From Candidatus Hodarchaeum mangrovi (GTDB taxonomy: Archaea; Asgardarchaeota; Heimdallarchaeia; Hodarchaeales; Hodarchaeaceae), in contig JAEOUE010000163.1 of assembly GCA_016839515.1 (NCBI GenBank), forward strand, positions 1-47,684: a stretch of DNA of 47,684 nt, read 5' to 3'. Shown one piece after another: positions 28,609 to 38,766 of the stretch (the first letter of the stretch is position 1; each line of letters opens with the position of its first letter). The position numbers and the translations under genes were made by a program. Under the pieces are notes generated by a model. It was not told the DNA's origin. It did not search any database and saw nothing but the letters and a program-made list of their open reading frames with translations.

Positions 28609-29940
28609 TTAAATAATCTCGATAAAATCATAAGCTTGATGTAGAGAATCGAAGGCATAATGTAACTTTTGGAAGTCTGAACGAAAATCAGTGACTTCCT
28701 GAGCTATTTTGTCAGGATTAATTCTTTTTATTAAGAGCTTATGGAAGAACTCTGCTATTATAACCATATCACTTTCTTTCATTCCTAATCGTGTAATTTC
28801 CTGCGATCCAATACGGATTCCTCCTGGATTTCGATAATTACGCTTTTCAAGAATATCCCAAGGAAGAAGATTCCGATTTGCTACAATATGAGCTTTTTCC
28901 AATAACTGTTCAACTTCTGCACCTAATCCAATCGAATTCTGAAAGTTAGTTATATCTACCAATATTGTATGAGACTCTGTGAAATCTTTTTCGGGACACA
29001 CAACATGAATTCCCCGCTCATATAATGCCTGACCTAATGCTTTTGCATTTTTAATCACCTGTTTTGAATACTCTTTACCAAATTTTTTGAATTCTGCAGC
29101 TGCTATTGCTAAACCAGCAACATGCATTAGGTGATGATTTGACGTCATTCCTGGGAAAGCGGCTGTTTTAATCTTTTCTGCAAAATTATCATGAGCAGCA
29201 ACTACTATACCTTTTTGAGGTCCAGGAAACGTCTTGTGTGTCGATAATGTCATTGTGTCAGTTCCTTCTCTGATTGGATCCTGAAATTGACTACCAGCAA
29301 TCAATCCAGCAACATGTGCAGCATCATAATTGACATGAGTTCCAACCTCATGTGCGACAGGAGCTAATTCTTTTACCGGATGAGGAAATAGAAATACACT
29401 AGCACCAAATTGAAGTATTTTGGGTTTTATCTTACGTATTGCCTTAATTGACTCATCTACATCTATATTCAATCCATATCGATCGAAAGGTAAATAATCT
29501 ACATCAAGTCTGGAAACAGCTCCAGCAGTTCCACCAATGAAAGCACCAGTTTTAGCTTTATTTGGTCCAAAACTAATATGTCCTCCAACTGGAATAGATA
29601 TGGCAAGCATCTTATCATGGGCTTGAGCAAAGGCAGTATAAATGGTTAAATTTGCTACTACTCCAGAAATTGGCCGAGTATCAATGAAAGGTGCATCAAA
29701 AAGATCTTTCAATAATTTAATGCATAGATCTTCAATATCATCAAAATATTGATTACCTGGATATACACGTTCACCAATCCACCCTTCAGCATACCGATGT
29801 GATAGGTCAGTAATTGCTGCTTCCCTTACAGAAGGACTTGTTAAATTTTCACTTGCAATTAAAGGAATAGAGTTTTTCCAATATTCATGATGGGCTTTCA
29901 GAATATCTCGGATTTTTTGATGGTCAGGATCAATAGCCAT
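28609..29940 (-). CDS. glyA: Serine hydroxymethyltransferase (archaeal type)
   Basis: LIASEN, HRYAEG, GGHIS, YDAAHVAGLIAG, STHKTFPGPQKG (PLP Lys), GIRIGSQE. Confidence 0.97.
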   Translation of the reverse strand: MAIDPDHQKIRDILKAHHEYWKNSIPLIASENLTSPSVREAAITDLSHRYAEGWIGERVYPGNQYFDDIEDLCIKLLKDLFDAPFIDTRPISGVVANLTIYTAFAQAHDKMLAISIPVGGHISFGPNKAKTGAFIGGTAGAVSRLDVDYLPFDRYGLNIDVDESIKAIRKIKPKILQFGASVFLFPHPVKELAPVAHEVGTHVNYDAAHVAGLIAGSQFQDPIREGTDTMTLSTHKTFPGPQKGIVVAAHDNFAEKIKTAAFPGMTSNHHLMHVAGLAIAAAEFKKFGKEYSKQVIKNAKALGQALYERGIHVVCPEKDFTESHTILVDITNFQNSIGLGAEVEQLLEKAHIVANRNLLPWDILEKRNYRNPGGIRIGSQEITRLGMKESDMVIIAEFFHKLLIKRINPDKIAQEVTDFRSDFQKLHYAFDSLHQAYDFIEII

Positions 29941-30107
29941 TGCTTTATCACCTTCTTTTCCTACTGACTAATTAGGAACTGCTAAAATTTTAAATAAATT
30001 CGCAAGAATCTTTTAAATGTATTATCCTGGGTATTTTTAACTAAAATAGTCTAAATCATTCTAGTTAATGCAATTATAAAAATAATGGTAATATGTTGTG
30101 ATAGACA

Positions 30108-31253
30108 ATGAGAACTCAATTGTATAATTGGCATTCAAAACATGGAGATTTGATAGAATTCGCTGGATTTGAAATGCCAGTAATGTTCTCCTCTATTAAG
30201 GAAGAGCATCTAGCAGTAAGAAATTCAGTAGGATTATTCGATGTTTCTCATATGGGAAGGATGTGGATTAGAGGTAAAGATGCAGAAAAGTTTCTAAATT
30301 TTTTAGTCCCTAGGGATCTTACAAAAACAAAAGTTGGAAGAGCATCTTATACCTTTATGCTAAACGAACAGGCTGGTTTCAAAGATGATCTTGTTTTTGA
30401 ACGAATCGAACAAAATAATTGGCTGATGGTCTGGAATGCAGGAAATTTAATGAAAATTAAGCACTGGATCAAAACTCAATATGAATTTGTAAATATATTT
30501 TGTCAGATAGATGTTAATCTAGTAGATATATCGACAACATCAGCTATGTTTGCTTTACAAGGACCAAAAGCCATTGATGTTCTGAAAAGAGTGTTTAATA
30601 ATTCAATCAATCTTCCTAACTCTTGGGGAGTAATTAGTATTACTTTTAATAACATAGATCTCATTATTTCTGGAACTGGATATACTGGAGAAGCAGGATA
30701 TGAAATAATTGTATTGAATACAACAAACAAAGATCCTTCAGCAGCTGAAATTATTTGGGAGCTCCTCCTAAATAATGGAGAGGAATTCAATATAAAACCA
30801 TGTGGATTAGGAGCACGAGATTCACTCCGCTTAGAAGCTGGATATCATCTATATGGTAACGATTTAAATGAGAGTCTTGATCCTATTACAGCAGGATTAT
30901 ATTTTCCCCCTTTTATACATATTTTGAAAGAAAATTTTGTCGGAAAAGCCGTGCTAGAGATTCTTGAAAAGAATAAACCAAAGAAAAAACGAATTGGGTT
31001 AATTGCGATTAAGAAAGGACCAAGTCCTAGAGGAGGACAAAAATTATATTATGAAGGAAATGAAATAGGGCAAGTATCTTCTGGTGGATTTTCACCATTA
31101 CTGGAATTGGGGATTGGGATGGGGTATATTGATGCTTCTGTTCCATCGGACTCTGGAATTGTTCAGTTTGAAGTTAGAGGAAAAATGCACGACGCACAAA
31201 TTAGGAATTTTCCCTTGTTTGACCAAAAAAAGTATGGAAAAAATAGAGGATAA
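30108..31253 (+). CDS. gcvT: Glycine cleavage aminomethyltransferase T
   Basis: FAGFEMPV, EHLAVR, GLFDVSHMG, ALQGPKA, TGYTGEAGYEI, GLGARDSLRLEAG. Confidence 0.97.
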   Translation: MRTQLYNWHSKHGDLIEFAGFEMPVMFSSIKEEHLAVRNSVGLFDVSHMGRMWIRGKDAEKFLNFLVPRDLTKTKVGRASYTFMLNEQAGFKDDLVFERIEQNNWLMVWNAGNLMKIKHWIKTQYEFVNIFCQIDVNLVDISTTSAMFALQGPKAIDVLKRVFNNSINLPNSWGVISITFNNIDLIISGTGYTGEAGYEIIVLNTTNKDPSAAEIIWELLLNNGEEFNIKPCGLGARDSLRLEAGYHLYGNDLNESLDPITAGLYFPPFIHILKENFVGKAVLEILEKNKPKKKRIGLIAIKKGPSPRGGQKLYYEGNEIGQVSSGGFSPLLELGIGMGYIDASVPSDSGIVQFEVRGKMHDAQIRNFPLFDQKKYGKNRG

Positions 31254-31265
31254 ATTTTCTTTCCT

Positions 31266-34200
31266 CTATCTCTTTCGTTTCTTTTCTTCTTTACCCGATT
31301 CACCCCCGATTGAACTTAATTCTGATAATGCATCAGAAAAAAGTTCAGCTAAATCAGGAGGTTTGACCTTTGTTTCTTTTGATAACTCCTTAGATTCCTC
31401 TTTAACTTCTCCATATGCTACTTTTGGAATATTCAATTCTTCAGAGCTTAAATATTGTTCATCCTCAGAAATTGCTCTGACTATTGAAGACAGAGAATCG
31501 GGAACTTCCTTTTTAAAGAGTGAATCTGCTGAAATCTTAGAACTTTCATCTTTTCTGGATTTAGAGATAATATTTTGTGTATCTGCAATTGCCTTTTCAA
31601 GAATTGCTATTTCAGGAATTGAATCGTCTCTTTCCTGATACTCACGTGGCTCTTCCACTTTTTCAGCTCCGAAAATCGGTTTAGAACTCTCCTCTTGAAC
31701 CATTCTTTCTAAGGGTGATAAATCTGGTGTATCTTTTTGTGTAATCTTCTTGGTTTCTGGAGAGAGAATTTCCTCTTCCTGTCCAGATTCTTTTCGCCAT
31801 AGCCGGCCAAATGAATCAACCTCCCATTCTCCTTCGTCAGGGTAATCCTGTAAAATTTCTTTTGGTTCACTTGGAGTTTGACTAGAGAATAATTCGGAGA
31901 TTTCGGAATCGCTTAATCCAGCTTTCATTTTCTTTTGAATAGGCTTAATTTCAGATTTCTTCACTTTTTCTTCAAATTGAGGTGAAAAAAGCTCACTAAT
32001 TTCGTCATCTGATAAACTTGCATCACTCACATCTTTCGATTTACTTATTGGGAGTTCAAGGATTTCATCATCGATTTTTGGACTTTTAACAACAGGTTTT
32101 TCAGTTGGAATCCCTTTCAATTCTTGAGTAGCTTCAAAAAAAGCTTTTTCTACTGAATCAAGAGAAGGAATTTTATCTTTCTCATATACTGGTTTTGAAT
32201 CAGTTGCTTGAGTTCCAATTTCATAACCTTTTATCACTTTTACAAATTCCTCATCTATCTTTTCCTCACTTAAATCTTCCGTCATATCAATCTTAGGGCT
32301 AACATCGGGTATAATAATTTGAGAAGTATCTACAATAATTGGTTTGGGTTTAACTCCAGATGAAGGTTCATCAGCTATCTGAGTTTCTATTTTTAAATCT
32401 GTTTCTACATCAATAATTAGTTCCTCTGGTTTTAGGACTCCTAACTGGCTCGCTCGTTTATCTAAAAGTGCTTTGAACTCTTTTTTATACTTTTTAGGAC
32501 TAATTCCGAGATTTTCAAGATATTTTTGAACTAAATCTGCCTTAATTTTATCTCTTTTTTCTTTTGCATCATTAAGAAGGTAAACTAAAATACCTGCCAC
32601 CTTTACATTTTGATTGATCATTGCACTGAGACGACAAATATAATCTAAATATGAATACGCAATTTTAAGATTATCATATTCAATAGCTGTTTCTATTAAA
32701 ATGTGAACAGTATTAAACAATGCATCTAGGTCTTCTAAACTTTCTAATTTTTCTAGGGTTTGTTGAAATGATCCAAGGGCTGTTGAATGATTATAGCGAA
32801 TTAGGTAACTTGTTAAGGCAGCAAGCAATTGAGCTTCATATTTTTCAGCGTTAAATTTCTTGCAAATTTGGATACCCCGTTTATAAGTTCGAATAGCTCT
32901 TTTAGGAGAGGGGTATTTGTCACCTAAATTAGTATAAACATTTACGATGCCTTCAAAATTATTTAATCGTCGATAAAATTCTGCAGATTGGTATGCGTAT
33001 TCAGATGCTAAATCTGGATTTTCAAATGCAACAAAAAGGGCAAATTTTTCTGTAATCTTCGCAGCTAGAAGATTACCCTCACTACCAAATCTTTTTGTAT
33101 CAGAAACCATTTGAAGAATTCGATCGGTATACTCTCGTGCAATTTCGAGTAATGAACCTGAAATTAATTCTTTTATAAATTGAAAAGCGTGAGGTAAAAC
33201 TTCAGAAATTGGCTTAGTGGTCTTTTCTAATAATGTAGCCATTAAACGGGAGGATGACGAAAATTGATTGACCCTAAAAAATTTGGGGGAATATTTTAAT
33301 ACCAATTCATCTCCAAAATTATTTTTTCCCTCTTCATATGGATCAAGGAGTTGATTTACAATAAGATCAGCATTTTCTTTTGATAAATTTTCGCTCTGAA
33401 GCATTAAATCATAGATCGGTTCTGCAAATTCAAAAAATTCTTCGATTTCTGGTTTCATAACTCTCTTGATAGTAAGCAATAATTCAGTATCAGGATATTT
33501 TTGGAGAATTGAAGAAAAATGCTTTTTTGTGACTTTTTTAAAATCTCCTTCCTGATGTCGGGTTGTAACAATTCGTTCAAATACTCTTATTGCAGCTTCT
33601 TTATTTGTTTCATAGGTCGTATTGAATATCATTTGGAGAAATTCAAGAGCTTTATCAGCTTTACTATCTTCTTCAAGAAGTTTTGCCATTTCAATGGCAA
33701 AGGTTGACGCAGACTCAGCATCTCCACGATCTAATGCATTTTTTGCGTAATTCTTGACAGCATTGATTGCTAATTTATACTCAGAATGACTTCTACCAAA
33801 ACGTATTATTAGATCGGTCATACGATTTGCATCTTCGTATTGACCATGTTCTAAAAATATATCACGATTCTTTTCTAAATATTTAATCACTTGAGATATA
33901 TCACCAAGTCGTTCATAATACCGAGCTGTCTGAACAATAAATAGATATGCATCTTGATACCTTTTCATTTCAAATTGTTTCTCTATCAAACGTGAGACAA
34001 TAGTTATACTCTTCTTAAAGTCCTGACGTGGTTCTAATTGTTTTAGGATCATATCAGTGATTTTTTGCGCCAAAATAACTGAGGACTTCAAAGATTCCTT
34101 TTGATAATCTATTAAACTTTCAATAGCTCCTTCCAAATCTCCCATATTATTATATGTTTCAGCTATTTTTTGAATAACCGCATAGAGAAGATCATAACGA

Positions 34201-36848
34201 TTTGAATTTTCAAATAAATGAGTTACAAATCTTCCCATATAATCTATTGCCCGAGTTTGGTCTTTATTTTTTATTTGAAGAGCAGTAAGCTGATCTAATA
34301 AGAAAGCTGCTCTATCTAGCTGATTTCCAAGAAGAAGTTCTTTTATATAATCCATTAATAGATCATAATCTGTTTCATCAGTCTGAAGCATCAGACTAGC
34401 ACTGTATTTCATATACTCAAAAATCATATCGAATTGTTTATGTTCTTTTAACTTATCAATAAAATTACGACAGAACTTAAGAACATCAGATATCTTTTTT
34501 TCTGTTAATAACTTACCAAGTTCAAGATTTATCATTTCTTGAGCAGTTAGAACAGCTTGACTTTGCAATAATTCATCTACATACTGAAGAACTATTTTTT
34601 CTCTCTTTTTTTGATCTTTAATAGTATCAAGAGCTGTTTGAATATAAACTTTTGAATGATCCTTCATTCCTAATTTTCCAAATAAATCTCCTAGAGCTAA
34701 TTGTTTTTCAATTCTCCTAGATTCATTCGAAGCATAAGCCTGATCTATTAAATTTACAACAAATTTTAAATAATCTCGTGCTGCATTCGATTCTTTTAGT
34801 TCTAAAAGTCCTTTTACAATCTCTAGGCTAAAATCAACAGCCTCTTCTATTTTGTTAAGTTCATAAAAGTATTTTATAGTCTTATTGCCATACTCACATG
34901 CTTTAATATGATTATCAGAATCCATTAAATAAGAAGAACCATCTTTTGCATATTCAAGAGCAATATCTTTTTTATTTTGGGTTTCAGAGATCAGAATTAA
35001 ACGATCAGCATATTTCGCAAATAATGGCTTATAATTATAAGTTTTAATTAACTTTAGAGTAGTTTCTAAGGATTCCATAAGCTCAAAATGAGCCTTTTTC
35101 TCATCTTGAGCATTAAACGCTTTATCCAAAAATTCACAAGCTATTTCTTGAAATTTTTCTATCTCTCTTGAAGATAATCCGATTTCTTCAGATTTACTAA
35201 GATATCGTATCAAGAAATGACCATATCGTAAAGAGTTTTCCCACATTACTACAGGTAGTCTTGCTTTTTCAAAAGAATCAACCTGCTTTTGAGCAAGATC
35301 AATTACCTTTTTTACATCTGAAATCTTAGTTTCATCTGCTAAAAAGAAATCCAAGGCTAATCCAATTAAATTAGCCGCACTCAAATTATTTTCCTGTTCT
35401 ATTAGAATTTTTATTGATTCATCCACGAATTCTAACGCATAGCTCGGTTCTAACTCTAATAATTCTTCAATTATTTCATCACGGAGCTTCCCTGCGTCGG
35501 AGGATTTTTTCTGTTCATCATAATAATAAACTAATTTTTTGCCAAATTGTAAAATTCCTTTAGCATTTCTTTCTTTTTGAAAACGTTTGTAGAGTACTTG
35601 AGTTACTTTAGTAGCTCCTTTCATATCTTTTTTGGATTCAAATTGTTCAATTACTTCAAGATAATGCCCAACCGCAACATTTATTATGATTTCTTCCATG
35701 GGCTTTTGAGAAAGTAACTCTATTGTCTGTAAGACTTTTTCAGAAGCATCATATAAATAACTAAATGAAATCTGGGGTATATCTTTATTGATTACCTTTG
35801 CGATTTCATCTTGATTAATCTTTACTTCGGTTAAAGGAGTTAATGAACCTGAAGGCAACCGAAATCGTAGATACCATTTTTCCATTTTTCTTAGAATAAT
35901 GCACACTGAGCCACCTGATTGTTCTATTTTCATTTCTTTCACAGGTAGAGGCTGCCCTTGACTTACAAATTCCTTAACTTTGACCAAGAATTTATCAAAA
36001 TCTTCAGCTTTTGTGTATTCTGAAGTATCTAATTCGGATAAATCTATAATAGATAAGTCATCTTCAACTATACTGCTCTCAACTTCTTGTTCTTCTTCTA
36101 TATAACTCTCAACTTTTTGTTCTTTCTGGATAGTATCTTCAGACATTGTAAATTCTTCAGGGTGTAGAATAATTTTCTCTATCTGTTCAGCAGAGTCATA
36201 AATGGCAGAAAAAGAGAGAAAATCGACCCCTGATTCAGTTATTAAAGTAACGATTTTATCTTGATTAATATTTTCCTTTGTAAAACTTTTTTTAATTAAT
36301 GGAGTGCTCCCTCTGAAAATAATTATTGCATATTTCCCTTCAACAGTGTAATAAATCTCGGCAAATCCCCCTTGGGAGTATGGCATCGTAAATTTACTAA
36401 GGAGTTTGTCAGTAACATCTATTTTGACTTTAGGTTCTAGTTTACTCTCTTCAACTATTTCAGTGGGTGTATCGCTTACCTCTTTATCCTTGTATTTATC
36501 CGATATTTTTCGTGATATTTCGTCCTTTGTAATTTTTGTCTCAACAGGATAAAATTCTTCCTCTACATGTAGTTTTGATGTCATTGATTTAATAGTTGAT
36601 AATAATAAATCAGCCACATCAAAAATTGCCGAAAAACTAAAAAATTCTACTCCTGCATCACTTAAAAGGTCAACCATTTTATCCTGATTTACTTGTGTGA
36701 CTGATATTGCGGTTGATTTTAGCTTTCTTTCATTCTGAAAGAACGTAAAAACATATTCATCTCGATTTAAATCCTTACGTACTTCACATTCGACTCCACT
36801 TGTTGAAGGAAGCTCTAAACGTACTGAATTTTCTTCTCGTGTAGCCAT
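31266..36848 (-). CDS. Giant (1860 aa) protein: three N-terminal repeat domains, TPR/alpha-SNAP-like solenoid and acidic disordered tail
   Basis: Three copies of a ~75-80 aa unit sharing (V/I)NQD...SFS(A/Y)(I/L)(F/Y)D, about 1070 aa of amphipathic helical repeats, and an E/S/K/P-rich C-terminal ~390 aa. Confidence 0.85.
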   Translation of the reverse strand: MATREENSVRLELPSTSGVECEVRKDLNRDEYVFTFFQNERKLKSTAISVTQVNQDKMVDLLSDAGVEFFSFSAIFDVADLLLSTIKSMTSKLHVEEEFYPVETKITKDEISRKISDKYKDKEVSDTPTEIVEESKLEPKVKIDVTDKLLSKFTMPYSQGGFAEIYYTVEGKYAIIIFRGSTPLIKKSFTKENINQDKIVTLITESGVDFLSFSAIYDSAEQIEKIILHPEEFTMSEDTIQKEQKVESYIEEEQEVESSIVEDDLSIIDLSELDTSEYTKAEDFDKFLVKVKEFVSQGQPLPVKEMKIEQSGGSVCIILRKMEKWYLRFRLPSGSLTPLTEVKINQDEIAKVINKDIPQISFSYLYDASEKVLQTIELLSQKPMEEIIINVAVGHYLEVIEQFESKKDMKGATKVTQVLYKRFQKERNAKGILQFGKKLVYYYDEQKKSSDAGKLRDEIIEELLELEPSYALEFVDESIKILIEQENNLSAANLIGLALDFFLADETKISDVKKVIDLAQKQVDSFEKARLPVVMWENSLRYGHFLIRYLSKSEEIGLSSREIEKFQEIACEFLDKAFNAQDEKKAHFELMESLETTLKLIKTYNYKPLFAKYADRLILISETQNKKDIALEYAKDGSSYLMDSDNHIKACEYGNKTIKYFYELNKIEEAVDFSLEIVKGLLELKESNAARDYLKFVVNLIDQAYASNESRRIEKQLALGDLFGKLGMKDHSKVYIQTALDTIKDQKKREKIVLQYVDELLQSQAVLTAQEMINLELGKLLTEKKISDVLKFCRNFIDKLKEHKQFDMIFEYMKYSASLMLQTDETDYDLLMDYIKELLLGNQLDRAAFLLDQLTALQIKNKDQTRAIDYMGRFVTHLFENSNRYDLLYAVIQKIAETYNNMGDLEGAIESLIDYQKESLKSSVILAQKITDMILKQLEPRQDFKKSITIVSRLIEKQFEMKRYQDAYLFIVQTARYYERLGDISQVIKYLEKNRDIFLEHGQYEDANRMTDLIIRFGRSHSEYKLAINAVKNYAKNALDRGDAESASTFAIEMAKLLEEDSKADKALEFLQMIFNTTYETNKEAAIRVFERIVTTRHQEGDFKKVTKKHFSSILQKYPDTELLLTIKRVMKPEIEEFFEFAEPIYDLMLQSENLSKENADLIVNQLLDPYEEGKNNFGDELVLKYSPKFFRVNQFSSSSRLMATLLEKTTKPISEVLPHAFQFIKELISGSLLEIAREYTDRILQMVSDTKRFGSEGNLLAAKITEKFALFVAFENPDLASEYAYQSAEFYRRLNNFEGIVNVYTNLGDKYPSPKRAIRTYKRGIQICKKFNAEKYEAQLLAALTSYLIRYNHSTALGSFQQTLEKLESLEDLDALFNTVHILIETAIEYDNLKIAYSYLDYICRLSAMINQNVKVAGILVYLLNDAKEKRDKIKADLVQKYLENLGISPKKYKKEFKALLDKRASQLGVLKPEELIIDVETDLKIETQIADEPSSGVKPKPIIVDTSQIIIPDVSPKIDMTEDLSEEKIDEEFVKVIKGYEIGTQATDSKPVYEKDKIPSLDSVEKAFFEATQELKGIPTEKPVVKSPKIDDEILELPISKSKDVSDASLSDDEISELFSPQFEEKVKKSEIKPIQKKMKAGLSDSEISELFSSQTPSEPKEILQDYPDEGEWEVDSFGRLWRKESGQEEEILSPETKKITQKDTPDLSPLERMVQEESSKPIFGAEKVEEPREYQERDDSIPEIAILEKAIADTQNIISKSRKDESSKISADSLFKKEVPDSLSSIVRAISEDEQYLSSEELNIPKVAYGEVKEESKELSKETKVKPPDLAELFSDALSELSSIGGESGKEEKKRKR

Positions 36849-37182
36849 CTAATATCCCTATAGCTATTTACCTTAATAATAAGGAAAGTCAATTATATAA
36901 GGAAATTGGAAAATTTAAAATAATTCTTATTTCTGTAATTTTTTCCTCTATTTTTGTATATCAAGTGTAGCTTTTAGCCCTTTCCAATTTCATGATTTTC
37001 TAATAGAAAAATAAAACTAAATTTTGCTTTAAACATTTAGATTAATAATTATCTTTTTAGATGAGGCATTTATTATATCTTTATTTTTGTTTAAGCGTCT
37101 TCTAATCCTCAATATAATCCAAATAATCGGTTTTAGTCTATCTAATGTGAAGGTATAATAGTTTCTTACGTTATTCTATAAG

Positions 37183-38430
37183 TTACTCTGATCTTTCACG
37201 AAAAATCTGAATCAGATTTAGTATTGTTTCCACTGATTTTTCTAAGGCTAATAAAGGAACAAACTCCTTTTTACTGTGGAAGTTCATGGCTCCAGAAAAA
37301 ATATTAGGTGTAGGAAGTCCTTTATAACTTAATCTTGCCCCATCAGTTCCACCACGAACAGGTTTCTTTATAACATCTATCCCAGAACGTTTAATGGCTT
37401 CCTCAGCATATTGAATGGTATAAGGGACTTTTTCAAGCTGATACTTCATATTTTTATATTGTTCTTTGATAGATAGATGAATCTTAGCTTTGGGATATTT
37501 GTCTTGAATATTCCCCACTATCTTTTCAATCCTACTAATCTTGTTCTTAAGCTCTACATAATCAAAATCACGAAGAATAAACCGAATTTTGGATTCATTA
37601 ACAGATCCTTCAGCCTCATAAACATGAAAAAAACCTTCCATCCCTTCAGTTGTTTCTGGAGCTTGGTTTAAAGGAAATTGATTAATAATCTCTCCCATTA
37701 TTCGAAGAGAATTGACCAATTTATCTTTTGCATAACCAGGGTGAAAATTAAATCCCTTAATCGTGATGGTTCCTCCTGCTGCATTGAAAGTTTCAAATTC
37801 TAAGACTCCCATTTCATCACCATCAATTGTATAACCAACATCTGCACCCAATGCTTTTACATCAAGTGCATCAACTCCATGACCTACTTCTTCGTCAGGA
37901 GTAAAGACTATTTTAATAGTTCCATGTTTAATGTGGGGATTTTTATGTAATGTCTCGACTGCTGTCATGATAGCAGCAATTCCTGCTTTATTATCACCCC
38001 CTAATAGAGTAGTTCCATCCGTAGTGACAATATCACTCCCAATAAAGCGCTTTAATGCAGGAGTTTCAAATGGAGAGATGAAGATTTCGGAATTATTTGG
38101 TAATAGGATATTTCCTCCATCATAATTCGTGATTATTTGAGGATTAACATTTTCTCCAGGTTCTTCAGGAGAGGTATCCATATGGGCTAAAAAACATATT
38201 ACTGGAATCTTGCTAGACTGTTCTTCAGGTAAATTAGAGGGGATTGAACCAATAACATAACAGTGATCATCTACAACAGCATCAAAAACCCCAATCTCTT
38301 TTAATTCCTTTACAAGAACTTTTGCAAGATTAAATTGTCTAATAGTACTTGGGATATTGTCGATATCCTCTTGGCTAGTGGTATGGATTTTCACATATCT
38401 TAAAAAGCGTTCTAAAATAGGTGTGGTCAT
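37183..38430 (-). CDS. pepT: Peptidase T (M20B tripeptidase)
   Basis: ERFLRYVKIHT, AHMDTSP, TDGTTLLGGDNKAG, FTPDEEVG, RGGTDGARLS, NFHS. Confidence 0.96.
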   Translation of the reverse strand: MTTPILERFLRYVKIHTTSQEDIDNIPSTIRQFNLAKVLVKELKEIGVFDAVVDDHCYVIGSIPSNLPEEQSSKIPVICFLAHMDTSPEEPGENVNPQIITNYDGGNILLPNNSEIFISPFETPALKRFIGSDIVTTDGTTLLGGDNKAGIAAIMTAVETLHKNPHIKHGTIKIVFTPDEEVGHGVDALDVKALGADVGYTIDGDEMGVLEFETFNAAGGTITIKGFNFHPGYAKDKLVNSLRIMGEIINQFPLNQAPETTEGMEGFFHVYEAEGSVNESKIRFILRDFDYVELKNKISRIEKIVGNIQDKYPKAKIHLSIKEQYKNMKYQLEKVPYTIQYAEEAIKRSGIDVIKKPVRGGTDGARLSYKGLPTPNIFSGAMNFHSKKEFVPLLALEKSVETILNLIQIFRERSE

Positions 38431-38766
38431 CTTAACATCATAAGATTTTTGTAAAACTCCTTGATATAGTTGTTTTGATTTGTTGAATACACTTGTTCAA
38501 TGTTTATCTTTTCAAAAAAAGATAAGGAAAAAAAAGGCCCACTCCTATTTTTAAATCACCAATTCTGTTATTATTTAATCTTAAATCTAGCTAGTATCTT
38601 CAACAGCTCTTCCCCTAATTTAGTTAATGACCAGTATCGCTGTCTACAATTTGTAAAATAATTATTTTATATAAAAAATAGATTTTGAATTAAAACTATT
38701 AATATTTGATAAATGATAGCTATATTTAACTTTATATATTTAAAAAAAAGAGAAAATGAAGGTGTT

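Noticed and set aside
31084-31638. 184-aa plus-strand ORF
   Set aside because: It overlaps gcvT out of frame and is antisense to the low-complexity tail of the giant protein. Its Ser/Phe-rich composition is typical of a shadow ORF.
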